From Hamiltosporidium tvaerminnensis FI-OER-3-3 (Eukaryota > Fungi > Microsporidia): a stretch of 64,000 bases of DNA. The notes beneath the pieces were generated by a model that was given only the letters and a program-made list of their open reading frames with translations, did no database searches and had not been told where the DNA came from. Positions 53,020-64,000 of the stretch are shown here, in pieces. The stretch spans positions 62,001 through 126,000 of the forward strand of contig CM061253.1 of NCBI GenBank assembly GCA_022605425.2, written 5' to 3'. The translations under genes were made by a program, and so were the position numbers. Positions within the stretch are counted from its first letter, which is position 1. Every line of letters begins with the position of its first letter.

Positions 53020-53665
53020 TTTTATGACATTAACGCAGTTCTAGGTTTAACATAAATAACCGCTACCCCAAAATTCCATCGATAACCCCTGCGATACCTA
53101 CATCCCAAAGCCTTTGATCTACCAAGTGTGTAGAACCTAATTACTAGGAGATGAATTTGCCCGGTGTTTGTTAATGTCCGTTGCATGGTGTGTGATCGAA
53201 GGTCAAACCCCCCGGGCCCAAGACTATGCAGAATTCCCACTTACTCCACACTTTCTGAACCCAATAAACTTCTATCTAAGATATTTTAGAGATTTCATGG
53301 GGTTCACCTAGACAGTGCAATGTCATACCAACAGGTATAACCTGCTACTTAGCTCTCCCGGCTTTTAATGGTTTCTATTTTTATATCTCCCAGGCGCTAA
53401 GTCTTCTAACCCGAGTGAGCAAGGCTAGGTTTCCATGCTTTTACATGGCAATTACCTAGATGTTCAGCTGCGGTCTGCAATCTGGTTACATAAAAAACTA
53501 CAAATAAATTTGTAGAAAAAGTTTCTCCATTTCTTAGACCTCTCCTCTTCATAACAAGTCTCATGAACAATCGAAGATCTAGTGTGATTGTATTTCCACT
53601 AAAAATCCAAGCAATGACCTCACACCAGTTTCACACACTCATTGCCAAGCAGAAAGTTTTTTATG
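53020..53665 (-). repeat. ~650-bp dispersed repeat C, copy 3
   Basis: Shares long near-identical blocks with 60170-60300 (cctgctacttagctctcccggcttt, cccaggcgctaagtcttctaaccc). Confidence 0.9.
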
Positions 53666-54269
53666 TCTTGATTTTGAAAATATATATTAAAATATGCAAA
53701 AATAAACATTTTATGTGAAGTTTTTTTCCAGAACCAAACGAGTTTGTAAATTTTTTTTTATTTCCAAGATAAAAAAGAAAGTGAATACTAAACTGCTAGC
53801 GGCAGCTTTTTTCTGCTGCTACAGAAAACAAATATATATGAAAAAAGAAAGGATATTTTTAATCCCGATTTTTTTGGTAAAAAAGCAAATAATCTAGCAC
53901 CTCGAGGTCAGAAATTGTTCAGATATGACTTTAATGGAAGGCAAAATATAATGCTATAATACGTGGCCAAATACTGTCCGAAAGATATAAGATTGTATAA
54001 AAAGCGAATTGGTACATTCCGTTCAAGAAATTATATCAAACAAATATGGTAAAATGAGACTAAACGATATAATAAACATTTAATCTAGGATCCAGTCCAT
54101 ATATCATAACTTTTTTCCCGATGATAAGACAAAATATGAGCTCAGTTACTAAAGAATGAATGACCTCTAAAGAGTCACGTAAGAAGTGAAAAGGAAAAAA
54201 CAGGGTAAAATGACTCGTAATAAAACAATTTTTGTCTTTTTATAACCTTTGTGGTGATTTAATCTTTAT

Positions 54270-54715
54270 TGACTAGCATGGGTAGGTATTGTGGCCAAAT
54301 TTACAAAATATATACTACAGACTACGAATACCCATAGGAGTGGAGGCCTTCACGTAGTTAAGTTACGCTTAAGGAAATGTGAATTTTTTTTATTTGATCA
54401 CGAAGAATACGTGAGGCGAGAATAAAAGCCGAAGAGCACCAGGAAAGAGCCTTGGTAAGGGAATTAAAAAACTTGAGATACACGAGGAACCAACATCTAG
54501 CTCTAAAACGAGGGATTAACCAGGAATATTGCGTTTAACAAATGGAAATGAAATTTAAGCCTATTATAATTTTAAATGGAAAAACTACATTATGAGAATC
54601 GAAAATAAATATAAAAGAAAAATCAGATGATAGCACCGAGGAATTGTCATTAAACAGGATAAAGACAATATATAAAAAAGGGAAATTGGATTTAACCAAA
54701 TTTAATTAAATAAAT
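54270..54715 (+). mobile_element. Decayed 3' fragment of the RLE family
   Basis: agactacgaatacccataggagtggaggc, tttgatcacgaagaa, gaggaaccaacatct, ttaaccaaatttaattaaataaa end. Confidence 0.7.
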
Positions 54716-55099
54716 AATAATTTAATGGCAGTCTCCTCTAATTGACTGCTAATTATAGTGTCTCGAAAATTGAAATTTTTTTACAACAGAATTCGGATTA
54801 TCGAACGGTAAACTCTTTGATCATCAAAAAAGAAGGTTTGTGTTTGATTAAAAACTTTCTAATCAAAATATAATATCTCAAAAAGCTTTACGAAGCACGC
54901 CATTCCTTTGACTTGTGAATTGTGTTTTATTCTTACAAATAAATAAGCTAAAGAATTCTGTATTTTATCGTGTTAGAAAGCCAAAAATAGTTCTACCGTA
55001 GTTTTTTCATTATACAATAAAATTTTTATTTACTTGCTTTTAAATTTGATTCTATAACAAATCTTTATAAATCAAAATTTATTTATATTTCAAAGAAGC

Positions 55100-57456
55100 T
55101 ACAAATATATATTTTTTGATACCCCGAAGCCTTGGATGACATTTATATCGCTATTTTTAACTTTAAATGCTTCTTTTATAAATTGAATTATTTCTTCTGA
55201 AAATAACTACATATAAGTTCGATATAAAATACATTTATGAACAACATTTTTATACAGTGGAGATAAGTCTTCTGCTGGATATAACATCCTTCAAATTCAA
55301 GTTCTTTAAGGTTCTTATAATTCGCAATAAATATTAAATCTTCGTCAGCTATATTTATCTTTTCTAACTTTATTCTTTTGATGTTTTATTCCCGTGATGC
55401 ACAGAATAATTCTGAAAGAGAAATATTTTCAAAATTAATTCTAAGAAAGTTTAATTCTTTTAAATTTAGTAAATTACTTAATGCTTTTAAATTTGATTTA
55501 GTAACACAAAAATCATAAAGACTCGGTTTATTTATACTGCTTAGATCATAATTTTTGAATAAAAACTTTACTGAATCCGAGTGACAATTAAAATCCGAAA
55601 TGTCGTTATTTGCAGATTTTAAATCAAATGTTTTATTATTAGCTTAAATTTAAAAACGTCAATCATTTTGCTAACTTCTGAGACCTAAATTCTGTAATAT
55701 AAAAAAACTGACTTAATGACAGGCTTAACTTTAAAGAATTGATCCATGTTAAGGATGCTTCTTCGAGACCTATCATCATATTTATTAATTCGATAAAATA
55801 GCCTAACGCTTGGCGTGTTTTAAGCCTGAAATCAAAATATTTGATAGATTTATTCTTAACACACATATCATTTTCGAATAATATATCAGAATAATTTATC
55901 CCTAGGGTTTTAAGTCCAATAACACTTAAAATCTCATTTAGAAAGATAGATGTTAGTGTCGAAGATGCAATTTTAAGGCATTAAGTATTTTTATCAATAA
56001 TAGTATCTTTGCTTTTAAGCAACTCTTTCGAATTTAACCTAATTAAAGTAATTGAAATTTTATTGTAACATCCATTATATTCATAGAAATACCGGAGGCT
56101 CAAAGAAGAAGATACATAAACAAAGGATTCAAATATTTTAAATTTGGCTTTGGATTTCTCGTCGTTAAGTAGCTTTAAATAAAAATCTTTATTTTTATCA
56201 AGAAAATTACTATTTTTACTGATTACTTCTTCTGGAGTGGATTTATGGTATGTACGTTTTAGAATTTCTACTATATTATCCACTATATCAAGATTTTTTA
56301 TAAACAGTATTTCATAAACTGAATAATTGCCTTTTGACGCATTTTCTGCAAAAAACATACATTCGTTTATTTTGCTTGAATTTTCATTAGAAACCAGACT
56401 TGTTCCCATCCCACATTCTATAAAAACAATTTTTTTCCAAATTCACAAAATTTAAATTAGTATTATTTCGAGATTTAATAGTTTCATCAGATATATAACA
56501 CTGAACGAATACGATCTCATCTATTCTTTTTTTTGGATTTTATAAAAAAATACAAAACGCTTTCGAAATTATTATGCATATATCGCAAATATGTAAATAC
56601 CTTATATCTAATGTATTTAAAAATTAAAAATAAACATTTGCTTTTTGGATGCATATCCACTTTTTTAGAAAAAAATAAATCAAATTCGTAATTAATTATT
56701 GTTAAAACATGCTTTCCTTCTATGGTATATAAACATTTACCTTTATTAGAAATATAATTTATTTCTTTTTTACTAAAAAATGAATTGATAGTATTCATTT
56801 CAAATTTTATAACTTTAAAATATTTCCGTGATATTTTTTTGAACATTTTATGTGAAAAATAGTCTTGTTTTGAGAAATGAAACGAAACCTTTTCAATATC
56901 GAAATTGTTTATTTCCTCGGATTTTACTAATGAATACCAAATTATTTTTATCACATTTCGCAATTTATTATCGTGTTTAACTCTAAAATATTCTAAAAAA
57001 TGCATTATTGTGTAAAACTTCTCAATAGTCATTTTTTATACCGGGAAATTATATGAAAGTAAATATTCATAAAAAATTAGGAAATCAACTTTCATTATAT
57101 GTTTTACATAGAAATATTTCAATATTTTCACTAATATCTTTAAATATTTCAAATACACCAAACTCAAAACCAATTCGTTCAATATTTTTTATAGTATATT
57201 AATCATATTGCCAATTTACATTTTCAATAGCCATTTTTTCTATGTAAATTGAGTCGTTTCTTTCAGGCAGTACATCTCTTTTAATTTTATTGCAACATTT
57301 CGTTGAGAATTCTTTATACATTAATTCACAAATAGTTTCTTTAGTATCATTTAATATATTGAATACTACATTCATTTCCCTCGAATGATTAATATATATG
57401 AAAAGAAATGATTTATAAAATAACTTTATATAACGAAAGCATGTGTTCAATTTCAT
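55100..57456 (-). pseudogene. Frameshifted paralog of the LRR family B gene
   Basis: MTIEKFYTI..FLEYF.VK.DNKL.NVIK and EKVSFHFSKQDYFS are shared with 35260-37557; fragmented into several ORFs; upstream flank also homologous. Confidence 0.85.
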
Positions 57457-58989
57457 GGATTTTAGAAAAAAAATCGTATTTATATATTCAAAAATCAATT
57501 TACTACTTTCGATAAAATTAAAAACTTTCATTTTTCTTTTATAAAGATTAAAAAATGTATCTAATTTATCTAAATTTTATAAATTTTATTGAATTTGAAA
57601 CAATTTAAAGAACAAAGACTTAAAAAACTCTTAATACCAAGATTCGTGAATTTCTAATATGGTTTTACGAACTTTAAATAAAATACGAAGATTTTTTATA
57701 ACTTTCGAATTTTCTTTTTAATTTAAAGAAAAAAGAATTGACAGTTATTTACACAATCTTAGCTATAAGTTGCTAATACTAAAAAAGGAAGATTCTTAAT
57801 TTTTTCTAGAATTTCTCTCCTTTAAAAAAAATTAAAAACTAGATCGTTCTTAAAATCAAAATGATCTTTTTTTTTTATCACAGTTCTTTTCTTTGCGTTT
57901 TTTACATAATTACAATCTAGCTGTTTAGCTTGTAAAAGCAGACTTAAATTTACGTTAAATAAATAATATAAAAATAAAGTCTATTAGCATCCAAAACATA
58001 ATTTTCAAAGCTATAATTGCTAAAGATTTTCTTTTTGCTTATTATAATTTCACCTGATCTGTTTCATCGTGTATTTTTTTAGTCTTTATATTTGCAGCTT
58101 TGTTTTCTTGAATTTATTTATAGTAAAACCTCAGGAGCTTTTATAGTATGAAAAATTTCACTCTTCTGCACACATATGCTTTTGGTTTTGTAGAGCTTCA
58201 ACTTACTATATCCTTTCTTTTGCTATTTTATGTCTATTATATATTTTATCGCATACATTTTTTCTTTAGTACTTATTCGTGTGAAATATTTTCTTAGTCT
58301 GTCAAAAACATTTTTTATGAGCAGCATGATGTAATAGTTTATTAAATAAATATATATAACTTCTTTATTTCTTTACTGAACTATTTTAGTTTAAACAGGT
58401 ATAGAATAATTGAATTATTCGAAGCCTTTTCGTTTTGTTAAATCTCTATCAATAATATGAAGAAATGGCATCGATAAAATGTATTAAATGCTCTTTCATG
58501 ACATACGATTATTTTTTTATTCGTAAAAAAAACTTAAAAATAAATTAGGAAAAACTTGATTTTAATCAAATCATATTTTAAAAAAATAAAAATTGTTCAT
58601 TAATTCTTTTAGTATAATTTATTGGATTTTTAAAGGACTTTTGACAACATTTAATGTAATATTTTTTTAGCTTAATAAACATTCCAAAATATTTATATTC
58701 TATTCTGGCTCACCTTTATTGGTACGTAAAATTAATAAAAAATCTTAAGAGTCATTTTGTTATCAAAGAAACTATTATTTTTGCCTTACACTGTTCAAAA
58801 TAATTAAACTTTCAGAAGTGCTTGTCCCCGCCATCTCTATAGTTTATGAAATATATCGATTATGTAAAGGAAAGATATTATAAAAAAAATCAAAAACCCA
58901 ATTTGATAAAATGTACGAATATATATTTGAAAACCCAAATCTTATATGATTTAAATACTAAACATGTTTTCTTTAAAGGTTAATTAATG

Positions 58990-59640
58990 AAGCAGAACAC
59001 AACAACAAACTATCTGCTTGGCAATGAGTATGTGAGGTTGTAGTAGCGCCCATTGTTTGTATTTGATTAGGATGAAAAGTACGATATTTTGATAGAAGCA
59101 TGATACTTTTCACAGGCGGGAGACGTAAATTAAATTGTGAAACTTTTTTTACAAATTTAGTTTAAAGATTTTTATTTGGCTAATTGTAAAAATCGACTAG
59201 AGTTTTTGCTAATCACTACGCAAAAATAAGGAAATCTAACCTTGCTCACTATGTTAGAAAACCTGGAGTCTGGAAATATTAAAAAAACATACCATTTAAA
59301 AATCCAGAAATAAAAAGTAGCAGGATCCACCTGTTGTTATGAAATTGAAAAATTTCGATATATCCGAAGTAATTCACGCAGATATACATACTTTAAGAAT
59401 CCATTTGGTTTGGAACGTGTGATTAGTTTGAAATACTGCTAGTCCTGGATAAACTTAAGGCAAGTTTCGCTCTGAAATACCCACCAACCACCGGAATTTA
59501 AAAAACCACGCGCAATTACATCGCCTACTGCATAGATTCTAGACATTTCTTAATGACCGGCTTTGGTATATAGGTATCTCAGGAATACTCATATAATTTT
59601 GGGTGCAATCTCATGTTTAAACTAATAATGCAATAACATA
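58990..59640 (+). repeat. ~650-bp dispersed repeat C, copy 4
   Basis: aactatctgcttggcaatgagtatgtga, aaccttgctcact, agtagcagg..acctgttg, ggctttggtatataggtatc. Confidence 0.75.
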
Positions 59641-59874
59641 AAAAAATATTAAACTTGCCACTATTGTAATAAATGCGATATCTTTAAGTAAATTTTATAT
59701 TTAAAGGCTCTATTAATATTATTCCAAGGATGATATATTGGCAAATTTGCATTTATTGCATTATTAGAAAATGAATTAACATATTTTTTTGTATAATTTT
59801 AACCAAATAATACTTTACTTAAAAAATTAACATTTTATTAAAACATTGGTGAGTGTTATATTGTTTTTAGGGCA

Positions 59875-60530
59875 TCAACTCACTCTAAGTTTAATATAAA
59901 TAACTGCCATCCCAACACTCTATCGATACCTCTTAAAATACCTACGTCTCAAAGAATTTCATCTAAAAGATGTTTAGAACCTAAAAAATGGAGAGGCAGT
60001 TGCCTAGGGTTCGACAATATCTATATGGTGTATGATTGAGGTCGAAACCTAAAGGAGCATCCCACGGAATATGTAGCCTTCCCACTTACTCTATACTTTC
60101 CGAGCCTAATAAGCTTTCGTTTAAGATATATCTCGGCGACTTATATGGGTTCCAACTAGTACAGTCAATGTCATATTAACAGGTATAGCCTGCTACTTAG
60201 CTCTCCCGGCTTTAAATGGTTTTAATTTTTATATTTCCCAGGCGCTAAGTCTTCTAACCCAGTAAGCAAGGCTAGATTTTCATGCTTTTACATATAAATT
60301 ACCTACGAATTAGTCGAATTCTTCAACCCAATACATAAACTACAAAATAAATTTGTAAAAGAAGTTTCGTCATTTCATAGACTTTCTCCTCCTCATACAA
60401 ACTTTCATGGAACCACCATATTTGCAATGTTTTTTTATCCCAGCCAAAATCTAAACAATGAGCTTCATATATCAATCTCGCATATTCATTGCCAAAAAGA
60501 TAGTTTTTTATGCGGTTATCTTCTTTTCAC
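59875..60530 (-). repeat. ~650-bp dispersed repeat C, copy 5
   Basis: Collinear with copies 1 and 3, including the tagtttt..tgcggttatcttct..tcac end. Confidence 0.9.
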
Positions 60531-60949
60531 TAAAGAATAGAAAATAAATATTCATTAATTTAAAATTATATTTCTGACTCATTTAAGGAGAAGAAAAAAA
60601 ATATATTAGTGCTTAGCAAGATAGAGAAAGATGATAAAATAACTCAATATTGGAAAATTCTAAAAAATAAAATATTAAGAAAATATTATAAAATCAGCAC
60701 TTGACTTATGATAAACTATAAAAATAATATTCCAATAAACTTCGATAGATATTTAGAAATTTTACCTTTTAAAGGAATTATTCTAATGATATCGAATTTA
60801 AAAGCAAATTATTGCTTATCTTTTACTTTTTTAGAAAAAAACCCCGAAAATAAATTTAATAGATTTTTTATGAAAATACCCGTAATATCCATAAAAAAAG
60901 AAAAAGATTTATAAATTTTTTTCGCCTTAAAATTTTAAATATCATAAGC

Positions 60950-61474
60950 TAAACCGTTTCTCTAATATAACCTGTATAAATATATTTAGCAAAAAAGAAT
61001 TTGCTAATATAATGAAAATCTAAATGCCTAGAGCAAGATATGCAATACATTTACTTCCTTTCATATATTTATAAAATATAAAAAGAACTACCAAATAGTA
61101 AAGCGAAAAAATTGGCGTAAAAATATAACTATTAGAAGAGGTTGCTGATAAAAACATAAAAAATGTATTTTGAAAAAAAAGAAACAAAATATATATAAAT
61201 TTTAGCTTGAAACCAAATAAATTTTTTGGTTTCCAGATATAGTTTCGCGATTTGAATTATGAAGATTATTTTCTAGATTTAAGTTTTGGTTAAAAGATTT
61301 TTGGCTCAACGTTTGTTGGTTAGGAGAAGGATGAACAAATATATCATTGTTTATAACAATCTCGTGGGTGTGAGCAGAGCCATTTGAGCTTGTGCTTGGG
61401 GCTGTGATTGCCTCTGTTTCTATTCTAAAGCTTCTATTCGGAACTAAATTTTTGAAAATTATATTTTTATCCAT
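60950..61474 (-). pseudogene. Family A paralog with a frameshift near 61205
   Basis: NL.PNRS.RIE..EIVINN.IF..QQT.SQKSFNQ shared with the 26914 ORF; the TM region continues in another frame. Confidence 0.8.
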
Positions 61475-62340
61475 AAAACCTATTTTTTTTTCTAAATATA
61501 TACTTCTCTGTCAAAAAATCAATGTTTAATTTACTTAATAAGGCTAAATATTTTTTTTATAACAATGTCATTTACAATTTCTTCGATTGCTCGTTTTTGA
61601 TCAAAATGTGTGATTAAACATTGCATAATCATTTAAAAATTATTTTCAACGGCTTCTAATACGATGCATTATTTTAAAAAATATAAAAATTGGTCTATAA
61701 ACTATTTCCGAACAGAATAAACCTCTTTATCTAGTAGATCTTCCTTTATCTCTAATCCATTTCTATCTAAATATCAAAGAAATACAATATTCTAAGTGAA
61801 TTTTTTTGTTTAATATCTCGCGAATAGAAAAAAGCCTATGTATCTCACAACATCCAAAAACATTATTAAAGAATATTTTAACAATAAAAATGCGTGTAAA
61901 TGTAAGAATACGAAATAAATTATATTTAAAAAAACTTTATTACGCCTTTAAACAGGTTTTTTGAACGCCCTAAAGTTTTTTTATCTCAACTACTTAAATT
62001 TTATAATTGATATCAAGGATAATCTCGAATTTTTGTGAAAAGAGTCAGAAAAGTTACCTAGCTCCTTATTTCCACACTGATATTTCAATTATAGCAACCA
62101 TAAATTTTTCTTTGTTCCATATAAAATGCTTGGCTGTTATACAGCGATTTAATTTTGTTTGATGCATTATTTTCGTTTGGCATGGCCTACGTGTTTCGAA
62201 TTTTGTTTAATTTGCACTTCCGAGCTAATCTCTAAGCGCTATATGTATTTTTTAAGCATTGCAATCTTGAAAAGGTTACAAAAGCCTACTGTATATAGGT
62301 TACATTTGAATATTTTTGAGTTTAGGTATCATGGTTTTGG

Positions 62341-62575
62341 TTCCCCGACATTCCGGGTACAGAATTGGTTTGGAGTATTCTTTGCCTGTTCTAAGAGGCG
62401 ATAAAAAGGTCTGTACTTCTGGCTGTAGGTTGGGAATAGGGCTAACAATCTATCTTCTAAACCCGCCATGTTACGAAACCAAAATAAACGAACTCACCGG
62501 AAAGAGAGCAGTGAGCGGCATTACTGAGTGATACCAAGACTCTTACGGGGATGTAGTGTCGAGAATGAATACTTT
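62341..62575 (+). mobile_element. RTE-derived bipartite SINE-like element, copy 3
   Basis: Head and tail homology as in copy 1; TSD ATGGTTTTGG at 62331-62340 and 62576-62585; absent in the paralogous flank near 27830. Confidence 0.85.
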
Positions 62576-64000
62576 ATGGTTTTGGATTGACTGTTATAAA
62601 AACCAGATAGATAGAAGAAAAAAATAGATACAAGTATCTTTTTACATATCTATTTTACATTATATGTAAAAATCACATTATTTAGATAATCGATATATCG
62701 TTTTGCAGATACAGTATACTTCTGTATATTTTTCTTTTAATGGTATGGTTTATAGACGCGACCTAGGCTTGGGCTTTCAAATGGAAATCACTTCCTAAAT
62801 TATTTACTAGTTGGGTGCAAAACGTCCCAAAAACTCCATTACATACATTCAGTCGTAGGCAAATTGGTTCATATTCAAAATGTTAAGGCGAAAAACGGCT
62901 AATTATAGTGAATATTTCATGGACTGCAAAGTCGTTTTAGTTATTTTAAAGATGCATATATAGGTTGTGTGTATGCTAATTACATGAAATACTTACAATC
63001 TTGTTGTTTTGATCAGTAAAAATCCAATTATTTATACATACTAATCATACTTTGGGGATGTTTTAAAGTGAAATAGCTGATTTATTTTTCTTAAAAACAT
63101 ATTTATGACTTATGTTGTAGCATATCACTTTATGCCTGTCAAATGAAAGCTATAGTATTCTGGCCTAATTCAGGCCATTACTTAATTACTTAAAAATATC
63201 AAAATCGTGAAAAGTTTAAATATTAAGCTTACTTTAAGTCGGGTAAAACAAGAAAGATATTCTCGTATAAATTAAACTGTAACAAGAAAGATCATCTCCG
63301 AAGAAATCAAGTATTTTTTTTATTTTGCTCAAGCGATTTCTCTTATCTTTTTTGAGTACGATTGGATATCAAGGGTTTGAAAAACATGTACAAAAATTCT
63401 TTTTAGAATTTACGATCCTTAGCATTAAATGTTACTATAAATTTATTTATACAACTGAAATGAAAATTTATACAAAAATAGTTCGTAAAATAACAAGTAA
63501 ATTTTTACACTTATATTTTACTTGCAGCTTGTGGGTGATTGGTTAAAAGCTTTTTTACTTACTTAAAAAATATTATCACTACATGATCAAAGACCGAAAA
63601 ACGATTTTATATCGAATGTGTAATTTTATTCCGCATTATTTCTATGTGATAATATTTTTGATTGTATAGTAAAAAGAATGCTAAGTAGAGTGGGATAGGG
63701 AATTGAACCAAAATACATAAGACCCAATGGTATGACCTTACCAGAATATTGCAGAATAGTTTTTCAATCAAAATGAAAAGGTAATACAAAAAACCAATAA
63801 ACACGCGGATACGTAATGGCGTCGATATTATATAATGACTTTCTATGATTTTTTGGCGGACAAAATTAGCTAGCATTTAAAGTAAATATTAAAAATTATA
63901 CCTACAAATATTCTTTATATTTTATTTAAATTGGAGAACAATAGATAAAATTGTTTCACTACTATTTATCTTAAAATATAATTTATTAGGCAGTAAAAAG

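Noticed and set aside
63607-63876. 89-aa hydrophobic ORF and the other 60-90 aa AT-rich ORFs
   Set aside because: Expected by chance at this base composition; no independent support.

Overview
A very AT-rich, gene-sparse eukaryotic window, most likely from a large-genome microsporidian (Hamiltosporidium-like). This is inferred from intronless genes, CCC motifs just upstream of ATGs, QQGVN/QHPVN low-complexity insertions in proteins and an LRR family. Host genes: a partial ARM-repeat ORF running off the left edge (absent from the ORF track), an NTE1/PNPLA6-type patatin phospholipase split by a frameshift in a G7 run, an orphan UBA1 ubiquitin-fold fragment, an LRR family (one intact, one pseudogene), a small 3-TM family and a duplicated membrane-protein pseudogene. 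Mobile DNA dominates. There are two near full-length R4/Dong-like RT+RLE non-LTR retrotransposons converging on NTE1, one 5'-truncated young copy with a TSD and about six decayed copies. There is also a decayed RTE-clade LINE, three head+tail SINE-like derivatives of it, hAT and probable piggyBac remnants, an unidentified ~125-bp retroposed repeat (3 copies) and an unidentified ~650-bp repeat (5 copies) lying convergent to 3-TM genes. The most unusual signal is a 30-bp minisatellite invading coding DNA whose hairpin core AACA-GGG-TGTT also occurs as AACA-CCC-TGTT, in alternating G-rich and C-rich blocks. No rRNA, tRNA or CRISPR was recognised. All alignments were made by eye, so boundaries of decayed elements are approximate.
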